Shown here one piece after another: positions 48,201 through 56,459 of a stretch of 64,000 nucleotides of DNA (positions are counted from its first letter, which is position 1; each line of letters begins with the position of its first letter). The position numbers were made by a program, and so were the translations under genes. The stretch covers positions 1,728,001 through 1,792,000 of the forward strand of contig CAWJET010000001.1 of the NCBI GenBank assembly GCA_963842085.1. The letters run 5' to 3'. The stretch is from an uncultured delta proteobacterium. Its GTDB lineage: Bacteria; Desulfobacterota; Binatia; Binatales; Binataceae. The notes below the pieces were generated by a model. The model was not told where the DNA came from and searched no databases. It saw only the letters and a program-made list of their open reading frames with translations.

Positions 48201-49049
48201 ATGCCGGTCGCATACATCCCCCGTACCCGCGAGCTCTACAGCGAGTTCACTCCCTACCGATGGGTCGAGAACGAATCCGCGCCGTTCACTCCGCTGACCA
48301 AGCCTATCGCCGAGTGCAGAGTCGCCATGATCAGTTCGGGCGGAATCATGTATCGCGATCAGCCGCGCTTCCATCGCGAAGACGCATCGTACCGCCGCAT
48401 CCCCGTTCACGCGCGCGCTGACGAACTCAGCGTGTGGCACTTCGGCTATCCCACTCGCGACGCCGAGCGCGACGTGAACTGCGTCTTCCCGCTCGCGCGG
48501 ATGCGTGAGCTCGAAGCGGCCGGCGTGATCGGCGAACTCGCCGACCCCGTGTTCAGCTTCATGGGCGGCATCTATTCGGCGCGGAAAGTCCGCGACGAAC
48601 TTGCGCCGCAAATCGTCGACGAGCTCAAGCGCGCCCACGCCGACGCCTTCTTCCTCGTCCCCGCATGACCCGTCTGCCATCAGTCCGTTGGACTGATCGC
48701 ACGCGCAGTCGAAGCAGCGGGAATTCCCACGCTCTCAATGACTTCGGCGCTCGACATCACTCAGTCGGTCAAGCCGCCGCGCGCGGTGTTCCTCAATTTC
48801 CCGCTCGGCCATCAGACTGGCCCGCCCGATCAACCCGAACTGCAACGCCGGATCGTTACCGACGCGATGCGCGCGTTCGAGACCATTACCGCTCCCGCGA
48901 CAATCGTCGAGCTGTCCTACGTCTGGGACGCCAACGATCGCTCGTGGGAAGAAATCGACTACACCAAGGGATGGATGCCGGCGCGTCCGTCGCGCGAAGC
49001 TGCCGACGCACTCGAAGTCGAGCGCCAGTCCAAATTCCGCCGCAGCTAG
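48201..49049 (+). CDS. selenoprotein of the proline/glycine/sarcosine/betaine reductase B (PrdB/GrdB-like) family; Sec at UGA 48666..48668
   Basis: ORFs 48171..48668 and 48738..49049 share a frame. Readthrough gives LVPA-U-PVCHQSVGLIARAVEAAGIPT..PPRAVFLNFPLGH. N-part has RVAMISSGG, DASYRRIP, DVNCVFPL, FSFMG. Confidence 0.88.
48679..48697 (+). promoter_or_regulatory. putative bacterial SECIS element
   Basis: Perfect 8-bp stem ATCAGTCC-GTT-GGACTGAT; G-starting apical loop 18 nt downstream of the UGA. Confidence 0.75.
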
Positions 49050-49139
49050 TTCCGCACTCCACATCTCGCACTTTGCGACCGGCGCGAGTAGTTTCATCCG
49101 AGCGGCCGCCGCGGCGCGGCAACCACACGGGGAGGCGCG

Positions 49140-49538
49140 ATGTATATGGTTGGATATCACGAACTCGAGATCGTAACGCTGCTGGCGTTGCTCGAATACT
49201 CGATACTAGGCGTGATGGTTGGACGCGCGCGGCTAACGTATGGCGTCGAGGCGCCTGCGACCACCGGCAATCCCGACTTCGAGCGCTACTTCCGCGTCCA
49301 TGTAAACACGCTCGAGAGTCTCATCGTTTTCATCCCCGCAGTGTGGATTTTCTCGCTGACGGTGAGCTACCACTTCGGCGTCGCACTCGGATTGCTGTTC
49401 GTAATCGCGCGCATTATCTACGCATCGGGCTACCTGAGTGCGGCGTCCAAGCGCGCACCGGGCGCGATCGCCACCGCGGTGATTAACGGCATCCTGGTGC
49501 TGGGCGCCCTGATCACAATCACAATCAAAGCACTGTAA
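49140..49538 (+). CDS. MAPEG family protein
   Basis: VGRARLTYGVEAPATTGNPDFERYFRVHVNTLE. Confidence 0.93.
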   Translation: MYMVGYHELEIVTLLALLEYSILGVMVGRARLTYGVEAPATTGNPDFERYFRVHVNTLESLIVFIPAVWIFSLTVSYHFGVALGLLFVIARIIYASGYLSAASKRAPGAIATAVINGILVLGALITITIKAL

Positions 49539-49700
49539 CTCGCGGAATCTGGAACTCGGTCAATTACCCGGCAACGGGCGAAGCAAAGAAGAGCCGGGAA
49601 TTCTTCCACCTTAACAAGTTCTAAAGTTCCTTCCGCTTTACCTCCTGCCCCCGCCACGGTTAAAGTTCTCTTTGATTCAATCATCGAGGAGAGTTCACTC

Positions 49701-50222
49701 ATGGCGGAAGAACGCAAAGGCGCCGTTACGATGCGGGGAAACCCGATGACCCTGGTGGGCCCCGAAATCAAGGTCGGACAAAAAGCACCCAACTTCACCG
49801 TCGTCGGCAAGGGGATGCAGCCGGCGACACTCGATCAATTCAAGGGCAAGGTCAAAATCATCACGACCGTGCCCTCGCTCGACACTCCCGTTTGCGACGC
49901 CGAAACGCGCCGCTTCAACGTCGAGGCGAGCAACTTGCCCGGCGACGTGCAGATTCTCTCGGTCTCGATGGACCTGCCGTTTGCGCAAGCACGATGGTGC
50001 GGCGCGGCCGGCGTGGACAAGGTCACCACGCTAAGCGACTGGCGCAGCGCTAACTTCGGCACCAGCTACGGCGCGTTGATCAAGGAACTGCATCTGCTGG
50101 CGCGAGCCGTCTTCGTCGTGGACAAGAACGACAACGTCACCTACGTCGAATACGTCAAGGAGATCGCCAACCAGCCCAACTTCGAGGCCGCGCTGGAAGC
50201 AGCCAAAAAAGCCGCCGCCTGA
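49701..50222 (+). CDS. tpx: thiol peroxidase (atypical 2-Cys peroxiredoxin)
   Basis: VPSLDTPVCD, SMDLPFAQARWCG, LLARAVFVVD. Confidence 0.96.
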   Translation: MAEERKGAVTMRGNPMTLVGPEIKVGQKAPNFTVVGKGMQPATLDQFKGKVKIITTVPSLDTPVCDAETRRFNVEASNLPGDVQILSVSMDLPFAQARWCGAAGVDKVTTLSDWRSANFGTSYGALIKELHLLARAVFVVDKNDNVTYVEYVKEIANQPNFEAALEAAKKAAA

Positions 50223-50364
50223 TCCCTCGTCCGTTATACGCGAGAGGCGGCCGACCGCCCGGCGGCCGGTAGGTGAAGGTTCTGCCGCCGCTGCACGAGG
50301 CTAATACAACCCGCGGGCGGACGTGTCATCGGCGCGTCCGCCCATGATAGATCTTCCTTTCTTC

Positions 50365-51144
50365 ATGCCAACTTCCGCACCCAATCACCACGCCTTCACC
50401 GACGCACTCAAGCGCGGCCTCTACGAGGCCATTTTTCGACGCCGCGACATCCGCGAGTTCATCGCCGATCCGATTCCCGACGAGGTGCTCGCGCGGGTGC
50501 TGGTCGCGGCCCACCATGCGGCCAGCGTCGGCTTCACGCAGCCGTGGGACTTCGTCGTCGTGCGCGACCCTGAGCGGCGCCGCCGTGTGAAGGAAGTGTT
50601 CGAAGCCGAGCGTCAGAAGAATGCGGCCCAGTTCAGCGGCGCGCGGCGCGAAAAATATCTCTCGCTCAAGCTCGAGGGCATCCTCGAAGCCCCGCTCAAC
50701 CTGATCGTCACCTGCAAGCCCGATCGCTTTGGCCCCGCCGTGCTCGGCAAGACCAGCATCCGCGACGTCGAGGTTTACTCGGCGTGCCTGGCGGTCGAAA
50801 ATCTGTGGCTCACCGCGCGCGCCGAAGGCCTCGGCATAGGATGGGTCAGTATCCTGCGCAACGACGCGCTCGCCGAAATTTTCGGCATCCCCGATGACGT
50901 CATTCCCATCGCCTATCTGTGCGTCGGCTACGTCCACGAATTTCCCGACCGCCCCATTCTCGCCAGTGCGGATTGGGCACAACGCCTGCCGCCGCGCTCG
51001 TTGATTCACTTCGATTCGTGGAACGACGCCGGCGAGCGCAACTCACCCGCCGCCGAGTCCCTGCTCAAAAAGATCGACGATCACTCCATCTGGATGTCGA
51101 TCTTCCCCGAAGATTCCCCGGACAAACCGCCCTCCCGCGAATGA
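50365..51144 (+). CDS. bluB: 5,6-dimethylbenzimidazole synthase
   Basis: RRRDIREF, AHHAASVGFTQPWDF, LKLEGILEAP, NLWLTARAEGLGIGWVS; start approximate. Confidence 0.92.
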   Translation: MPTSAPNHHAFTDALKRGLYEAIFRRRDIREFIADPIPDEVLARVLVAAHHAASVGFTQPWDFVVVRDPERRRRVKEVFEAERQKNAAQFSGARREKYLSLKLEGILEAPLNLIVTCKPDRFGPAVLGKTSIRDVEVYSACLAVENLWLTARAEGLGIGWVSILRNDALAEIFGIPDDVIPIAYLCVGYVHEFPDRPILASADWAQRLPPRSLIHFDSWNDAGERNSPAAESLLKKIDDHSIWMSIFPEDSPDKPPSRE

Positions 51145-51158
51145 CCGCCGCAACCTGG

Positions 51159-51932
51159 TCAGGCGTTGCTGTTCCGAGCTAACGTGCGTAGTCCCCACAA
51201 GACTGTGACGATTACGGCCGCGAATGTGACGATCAGGCTGGAGACTCGCGGATCGTAATAGGAACCGTAGATCGGAAACAGTTGCCAGCTGAGGTTTGAC
51301 GTGGCGTGGAACAGCGCCGCGGCGAATACGCTCTTGCCCGTATTGTTGTACAGCCAGACGATGAGAACACGGAACGCAACCGTGAAGAGACTGTGCCAAG
51401 CGATCCATACCAAAGATCTGTTCGCCTCGATCAACGGCACGAAGTGCCAGGCCGCCCACACCAACCCCAATAGAATGCCGGCCCCGAGCGCGCCCCACCG
51501 ATCCTGCATCGGGTCAGTGATGTATCCCGACCAGCCCAGCTCTTCACCCAAAGCGCTGATGAAGAACGAAGCGAGCATGACGATTGTTCCCAGAACCTTA
51601 AACTGCGGGGCCGGAAGAGGCGCCCCCATCAGGCGCATCAGCCCATACGACAAGGCATAGATGCCGGGCATCAGAAGGATGATCGGCGCATACCAGACCT
51701 TTGCTCTGATTCGCTTGTAGTCGAAGGATCGCTCCAGCAGCTCGGTCACGCCCGCGGTCTTGTTCTCTTTGTAAACGAAAATCAGCGCCGCCGTCATCGG
51801 GCACACGAACATGAGTGCAGCCAGCGGGAGCCCCTGTGACAGCTGTAGCCCCGTCGCGGCGCCGGCTAACCAGAACGGGATAGAGAGCCCGAAAACCAAC
51901 AAGAAGAACTTGAGCGGCGATCTATTGTCCAT
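51159..51932 (-). CDS. CPBP (Abi/CAAX) intramembrane metalloprotease
   Basis: GEELGWSG, WAAWH, FHATSN. Confidence 0.92.
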   Translation of the reverse strand: MDNRSPLKFFLLVFGLSIPFWLAGAATGLQLSQGLPLAALMFVCPMTAALIFVYKENKTAGVTELLERSFDYKRIRAKVWYAPIILLMPGIYALSYGLMRLMGAPLPAPQFKVLGTIVMLASFFISALGEELGWSGYITDPMQDRWGALGAGILLGLVWAAWHFVPLIEANRSLVWIAWHSLFTVAFRVLIVWLYNNTGKSVFAAALFHATSNLSWQLFPIYGSYYDPRVSSLIVTFAAVIVTVLWGLRTLARNSNA

Positions 51933-52031
51933 ATCGTGTCAGAGTTTCATGATCTCGCCATGACGCGTGTTGCATCTGGTCCTGAGACTTTTGGCGCCCG
52001 AACTTCTTGAGCTTCATAACACTACGAAACA

Positions 52032-53573
52032 GTGAAAAGAGAACCCAATGCTCTGACGTCGCAACGCCCGGATTGGCGCCTCGTCGGCGGCTTCGCGGCG
52101 CTTACCATCCTGATCCATTTCCTGACTAACGGCGCCTACGGATATTTCCGCGACGAGTTGTATTTCATTGACTGCGGCAACCATCTGGCGTGGGGATACG
52201 TCGATCTGCCGCCGATGGTCGCGCTGGTCGCCAGGCTGAGCCGCGCCACGATGGGCGACTCGCTCTTTGCAATCCGGTTTTTTCCGGCGCTGGCCGGCGG
52301 CGCGACCGTCGCCATCGCCGGCATCCTCGCATGGGAATTCGGCGGCGGCCGTTTCGCGCAAGCGCTCGCGATGCTGGCGGCGATGCTTGCTCCGATCTAC
52401 CTCGCGCTCGGCAACCTGCTCACGATGAACGCCTTCGATCCGATCTTCTGGATGGGATGCGTGTGGGCGCTGATTCGGTTGATCAAGAGCGGCGATCCGC
52501 GATGGTGGCTGATATTCGGCGCGTCGGCGGGACTCGGGCTCGAGAACAAGGAGTCGATAGTTTTCCTTGGCTTCGGCATCGTCGCCGGACTCGCGCTGGT
52601 GCCGGAGCGCAAGCTGATGTTCAACCGATGGTTCGTGCTTGGCGGCATCGTCGCGTCGTTGCTCTTCATGCCGACGCTGGTCTGGCAGGCGATGCACCAC
52701 TTTCCGATGTACGAGGAACTGACCAACGTCAAAGCCAGCACCAAGAACGCGCCCATGACGCTGCTCAGCTTCTTCGGCGCGCAAACGCTTTTGATGTCGC
52801 CGCCTTCGGTCGTTCTCTGGGTAAGCGGCCTCTACTTCCTCCTGGTCTCGGCGCGCGGCCATCAGTTCCGCACGATAGGAATCGCCTATCTCGTGATCTA
52901 CGTCACTTTCGTGCTGATGAAGGGCAAGGTCTATTACATCGCGCCATTCTTCCCGGTCCTGTTGGGCGCGGGCGCAGTTCAACTCGAATCGATCGCTGCG
53001 CGCGGGTGGCGTCCCGCGATTCGCTATGCGCTTCCCGCCGTGATCCTCATCGTCGGCCTGATTGTTGCGCCTCTGGCGATTCCGGTGTTACCGGTCGAAA
53101 CCTTCATACGCTATCAGCGCGCACTCGGCATTGAGGTTAAAACTGAGACTCGCAAGACGACCGACCTGCCGCAAAACTATGCCGACATGTTCGGATGGCC
53201 CGAGATGACCGCGACGGTCGCGAAGGTCTACGATTCACTACCTCCGGACCAGCTCGCCAGCACCACGATCTTCGCCCAGAACTACGGCGAGGCCGGCGCG
53301 ATCGATTTCTTCGGCCCGCGCTACGGCCTGCCTAAGGCAATCAGCGGCCACATGAGCTATTACATCTGGGGCCCCGGCAATCGCGATGCCAACGTCGTGA
53401 TCGCCATCGGCGCAGGCGAACCAACCTTGAAGCGCCTCTTCGCAAGCGTCGAGCAGGTAGCAACAACAGGCACCAAATACTCGATGCCAGACGAACACGT
53501 CCCGGTCTACCTATGCCGCAACCCAAAGCTCTCGCTCAAGCAAATGTGGCCGCTGGCAAAAGTCTATCGCTAG
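52032..53573 (+). CDS. GT39/ArnT-like (PMT-2) membrane glycosyltransferase
   Basis: YGYFRDELYF..LAWGYVDLPP, NYGEAGAID, SGHMSYYIWG. Confidence 0.9.
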   Translation: MKREPNALTSQRPDWRLVGGFAALTILIHFLTNGAYGYFRDELYFIDCGNHLAWGYVDLPPMVALVARLSRATMGDSLFAIRFFPALAGGATVAIAGILAWEFGGGRFAQALAMLAAMLAPIYLALGNLLTMNAFDPIFWMGCVWALIRLIKSGDPRWWLIFGASAGLGLENKESIVFLGFGIVAGLALVPERKLMFNRWFVLGGIVASLLFMPTLVWQAMHHFPMYEELTNVKASTKNAPMTLLSFFGAQTLLMSPPSVVLWVSGLYFLLVSARGHQFRTIGIAYLVIYVTFVLMKGKVYYIAPFFPVLLGAGAVQLESIAARGWRPAIRYALPAVILIVGLIVAPLAIPVLPVETFIRYQRALGIEVKTETRKTTDLPQNYADMFGWPEMTATVAKVYDSLPPDQLASTTIFAQNYGEAGAIDFFGPRYGLPKAISGHMSYYIWGPGNRDANVVIAIGAGEPTLKRLFASVEQVATTGTKYSMPDEHVPVYLCRNPKLSLKQMWPLAKVYR

Positions 53574-53720
53574 AAATGCGCCACAGAGCAGTGCTTCAAA
53601 GCGTGCTCGACGGGGCGCATCAACGCGATTGCTCACGTGGCCGGCAAATGAATTCTCGCCGACCGAGCACCGCGATCGCGTCCTTGTAAGCTGCCGCCGA
53701 GCATGATGCGATCACGCGGC

Positions 53721-54785
53721 ATGTCTTTGCTCAAACAAACTATCGCCTCGATCCTTCCGCTCGACAACGAAGCGGCGTGGGCCGCCGACGCGCGCCTGAA
53801 CTCTCTCACCAAGCCGCCCGGCAGCCTCGGCCATCTCGAGGAACTCGTGCGCCGCTACGCCGCAATCCGCCACGACGAGTCGGTGAAATCCGGGCGCGGC
53901 GCAATCGCCGTCTTCGTCGCCGATCACGGCGTCGCGGACGAGGGCGTCAGCGCGTTTCCGCAGGCCGTCACCGCCGAGATGCTTCGCAATATCGCCGCCG
54001 GCGGCGCCGCGATCAGCGTGCTCGCGCGTCGCTTCGGCTACGCGCTCAAAGTCGTCGATGTAGGCGTCAAAACCGATACCAGCGCCCAGCCGCTTAAGGG
54101 CGTGACTTATCGTCGCGTCGGCGCCGGCACCCGCAACTTTTTAGACGGCCCGGCGATGACGCCCGAAGAGACCACGCGCGCACTCGAAATCGGAATCGAA
54201 ATCGCTCGCGAGCTAGCCGATAGCGGCGCGACGCTTATCGGCATCGGCGAGATGGGAATTGCGAACAGCACGCCCGCCGCCGCAATCCTCTGCGCGCTGA
54301 CCGCAATCCCGCCCGACTTGATAGTGGGACGCGGCACCGGCCTCGACGACGCCGGCGTCCGCCGCAAAATCGAAGTGGTCACGCGCGCGCTCGAGATTCA
54401 TCGCGACGCGCTGGCATCGGGCGAATCGATGCTGGCGGCGCTCGGCGGTTTCGAGATAGCCGCGATGGCCGGGGTGTGCATCGGCGGCGCGGCATTCAAC
54501 GTCCCGGTGGTGGTTGACGGTTATATCGCGACGGCCGCCGCCGCGGTCGCGGAGAAGATTCATCCTCGGCTGTTCGATCATCTTTTTTTCAGCCATCGCT
54601 CGGCCGAAGGCGGGCATGCGCTCGCGCTCGATCATTTCAAGCTCCGTCCAGTTCTCGATCTGGACCTCAGACTCGGCGAGGGCACCGGCGCCGCGCTCGC
54701 GATGAACGTGATCGACTCCGCGCTCGACCTGCTCCACAACATGGCGACCTTCGCGGGCGCCGGCGTGTCCGGCAAAGTGCGATGA
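53721..54785 (+). CDS. cobT: nicotinate-nucleotide--dimethylbenzimidazole phosphoribosyltransferase
   Basis: LTKPPGSLG, ADHGV, GEMGIANST, GRGTG, LRLGEGTGA. Confidence 0.96.
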   Translation: MSLLKQTIASILPLDNEAAWAADARLNSLTKPPGSLGHLEELVRRYAAIRHDESVKSGRGAIAVFVADHGVADEGVSAFPQAVTAEMLRNIAAGGAAISVLARRFGYALKVVDVGVKTDTSAQPLKGVTYRRVGAGTRNFLDGPAMTPEETTRALEIGIEIARELADSGATLIGIGEMGIANSTPAAAILCALTAIPPDLIVGRGTGLDDAGVRRKIEVVTRALEIHRDALASGESMLAALGGFEIAAMAGVCIGGAAFNVPVVVDGYIATAAAAVAEKIHPRLFDHLFFSHRSAEGGHALALDHFKLRPVLDLDLRLGEGTGAALAMNVIDSALDLLHNMATFAGAGVSGKVR

Positions 54786-55552
54786 GCGACGACGCCTGCG
54801 CGCCGTCCGGCGGGCTCCCGACCGAACTGCGGCTCGCATTAAGCTTCCTCACGATCGTTCCGGTGATCGATCAGCGTCGCGCATCCGAGGATACCGTCGC
54901 CGCATCGTTCGCATGGTTCCCGATTGTCGGATTCGTCCTCGGCGCCGCGCTAGCCGCTGAGGATTGGCTGCTCGCTCAAATTTTCGCGCAAGTGATTCGC
55001 TCGGTTCTCATCATCGTCTCGCTCACCGTCATCACCGGCGCGGTTCATCTGGACGGACTGGCGGACACGGCCGACGCACTCGGCGCGGGACGCGACCGCG
55101 AGCGCGCCCTCGACATCCTCCGCGACAGCCGCGTCGGGACGTTCGGCGCAAGCGCAATTTTCTTCGACCTCACGCTGAAAATTCTCGCGCTCTCGACGCT
55201 CGCCGGCTATCGCCGGTACGCCGCTCTGCTTTTGGCACCGATGCTCGCACGGTGGGCGATGGTGCTGGTCGCATCTGGACTGCCGTATCTGCGCGCCTCC
55301 GGCGCAGGCTCGACGCTGCTCAGCAGCAAAAGACTGGGTTCGCGCGTTGTCTTCGTCGCGATTTTTACGATCGTCGCGATGCTGATGCTTGGCGGGTTGC
55401 GCACGACCGCGCTGGCGACATTGGTCGCAATCGCAATCGTGTTCGCGATGCGATTGTTCTACCGGCGATGGCTGGGCGGAGTGTCGGGCGACTTGATCGG
55501 CGCCTGCGGCGAGCTGGTCGAGATCGCCGTCCTCGTCACGATGGCATCGTGA
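54782..55552 (+). CDS. cobS: adenosylcobinamide-GDP ribazoletransferase (cobalamin synthase)
   Basis: TGAVHLDGLADTAD, DSRVGTFG, GGVSGDLIGA. Confidence 0.95.
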   Translation: MSDDACAPSGGLPTELRLALSFLTIVPVIDQRRASEDTVAASFAWFPIVGFVLGAALAAEDWLLAQIFAQVIRSVLIIVSLTVITGAVHLDGLADTADALGAGRDRERALDILRDSRVGTFGASAIFFDLTLKILALSTLAGYRRYAALLLAPMLARWAMVLVASGLPYLRASGAGSTLLSSKRLGSRVVFVAIFTIVAMLMLGGLRTTALATLVAIAIVFAMRLFYRRWLGGVSGDLIGACGELVEIAVLVTMAS

Positions 55553-55555
55553 CGG

Positions 55556-56077
55556 CTATTTCACCCTGAGCGGATATCCCGTAACCATCAGCAGCACCTG
55601 GTCCGCGACGGCCGCGACTCTCTGATTGGTCCATCCCAACAGGTCGCGGAACCGGCGCGACTCCGCATGATCCGTCGGCACGATTCCCGCTCCAACTTCA
55701 TCGGTCACGACGATGCTCGCGAACGGTGCATTCGTCAGCGCCGCCGCGAGCTTGTCCGCCTCGGCGAGAATCGTCCCGTCGTCCGTCCCGTGCCGCTGCA
55801 TCAGGTTGGAGATCCACAGCGTCAGGCAATCGAGCACGACCAAGTCGGCGCCGGTGCGGAGCTTCTCGAGCGCAGCGACAACCTGCACCGGCTCCTCGAC
55901 GGTTTGAAAGTCCGGCGGCCGCGTGGTGCGATGAAATTCGATTCGCGCCGACATTTCGTCGTCGAGCGCCTGCCCGGTCGCGACGAAGAATTTTCGTTGA
56001 TACGGGAGCGCGAGCTTCAACGCCTGCATGCTCTTGCCGCTGCGCGCGCCGCCGGTGATTAGCGTGATCGTGCCCAT
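55556..56077 (-). CDS. cobU: bifunctional adenosylcobinamide kinase / guanylyltransferase
   Basis: TGGARSGKS, DCLTLWISN, EVGAGIVP, FRDLLGWTNQ. Confidence 0.96.
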   Translation of the reverse strand: MGTITLITGGARSGKSMQALKLALPYQRKFFVATGQALDDEMSARIEFHRTTRPPDFQTVEEPVQVVAALEKLRTGADLVVLDCLTLWISNLMQRHGTDDGTILAEADKLAAALTNAPFASIVVTDEVGAGIVPTDHAESRRFRDLLGWTNQRVAAVADQVLLMVTGYPLRVK

Positions 56078-56143
56078 GCGAATCATCAAGCCTACACGAT
56101 CGCGTCGCACGTGACGAAAATTTTCGCTCGACTCGAACTCGGG

Positions 56144-56172
56144 TTGACTGCACGCGGTACCGCGCGTAACGT
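56144..56172 (+). promoter_or_regulatory. putative sigma70 promoter for the riboswitch-btuB transcript
   Basis: TTGACT-N17-TAACGT immediately 5' of the riboswitch. Confidence 0.55.
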
Positions 56173-56180
56173 CTGCGACG

Positions 56181-56316
56181 CACCCGGTGCACGGGAAGCC
56201 GGTTCAAATCCGGCGCTGCCCCGCAACTGTGTGGGGGGACGACGGCCCATCACGCCACCGCTTGAGCGGGAAGGCGGGCCCGAGGAGGAACCCCAAGCCA
56301 GGAGACCGGCCGGGTC
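56181..56316 (+). ncRNA. cobalamin riboswitch
   Basis: GGGAAgccggTTCAAATccgg-CGCTGCCCCGCAACTGT..GCCAC..GGGAAGG..AAGCCAGGAGACC B12 box upstream of btuB. Confidence 0.93.
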
Positions 56317-56367
56317 ACGAACTGTCTGCCTTCCGCGGGGAGGGTGGCCTCAGGCACGAATTTCCTG

Positions 56368-56406
56368 AAGCCCGATCCCTCGATTCGCGAGGGGTCGGGT
56401 TTTTTC
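56368..56406 (+). terminator. riboswitch-associated intrinsic terminator
   Basis: gcccgatccctcg-attcg-cgaggggtcgggt followed by a T run. Confidence 0.8.
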
Positions 56407-56459
56407 TTGCCTGATCGCTCCTCCGCGTGCGCGGCAGCCTTTGAACTCGGAGGGAGTTC

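Noticed and set aside
48665-49486. 273-aa ORF overlapping the selenoprotein 3' half
   Set aside because: Arg-rich off-frame shadow; the conserved reductase motifs lie in the UGA-readthrough frame.
56200-56213. tRNA T-arm-like GGTTCAAATCC
   Set aside because: It is the T-loop hairpin of the cobalamin riboswitch; no cloverleaf forms.
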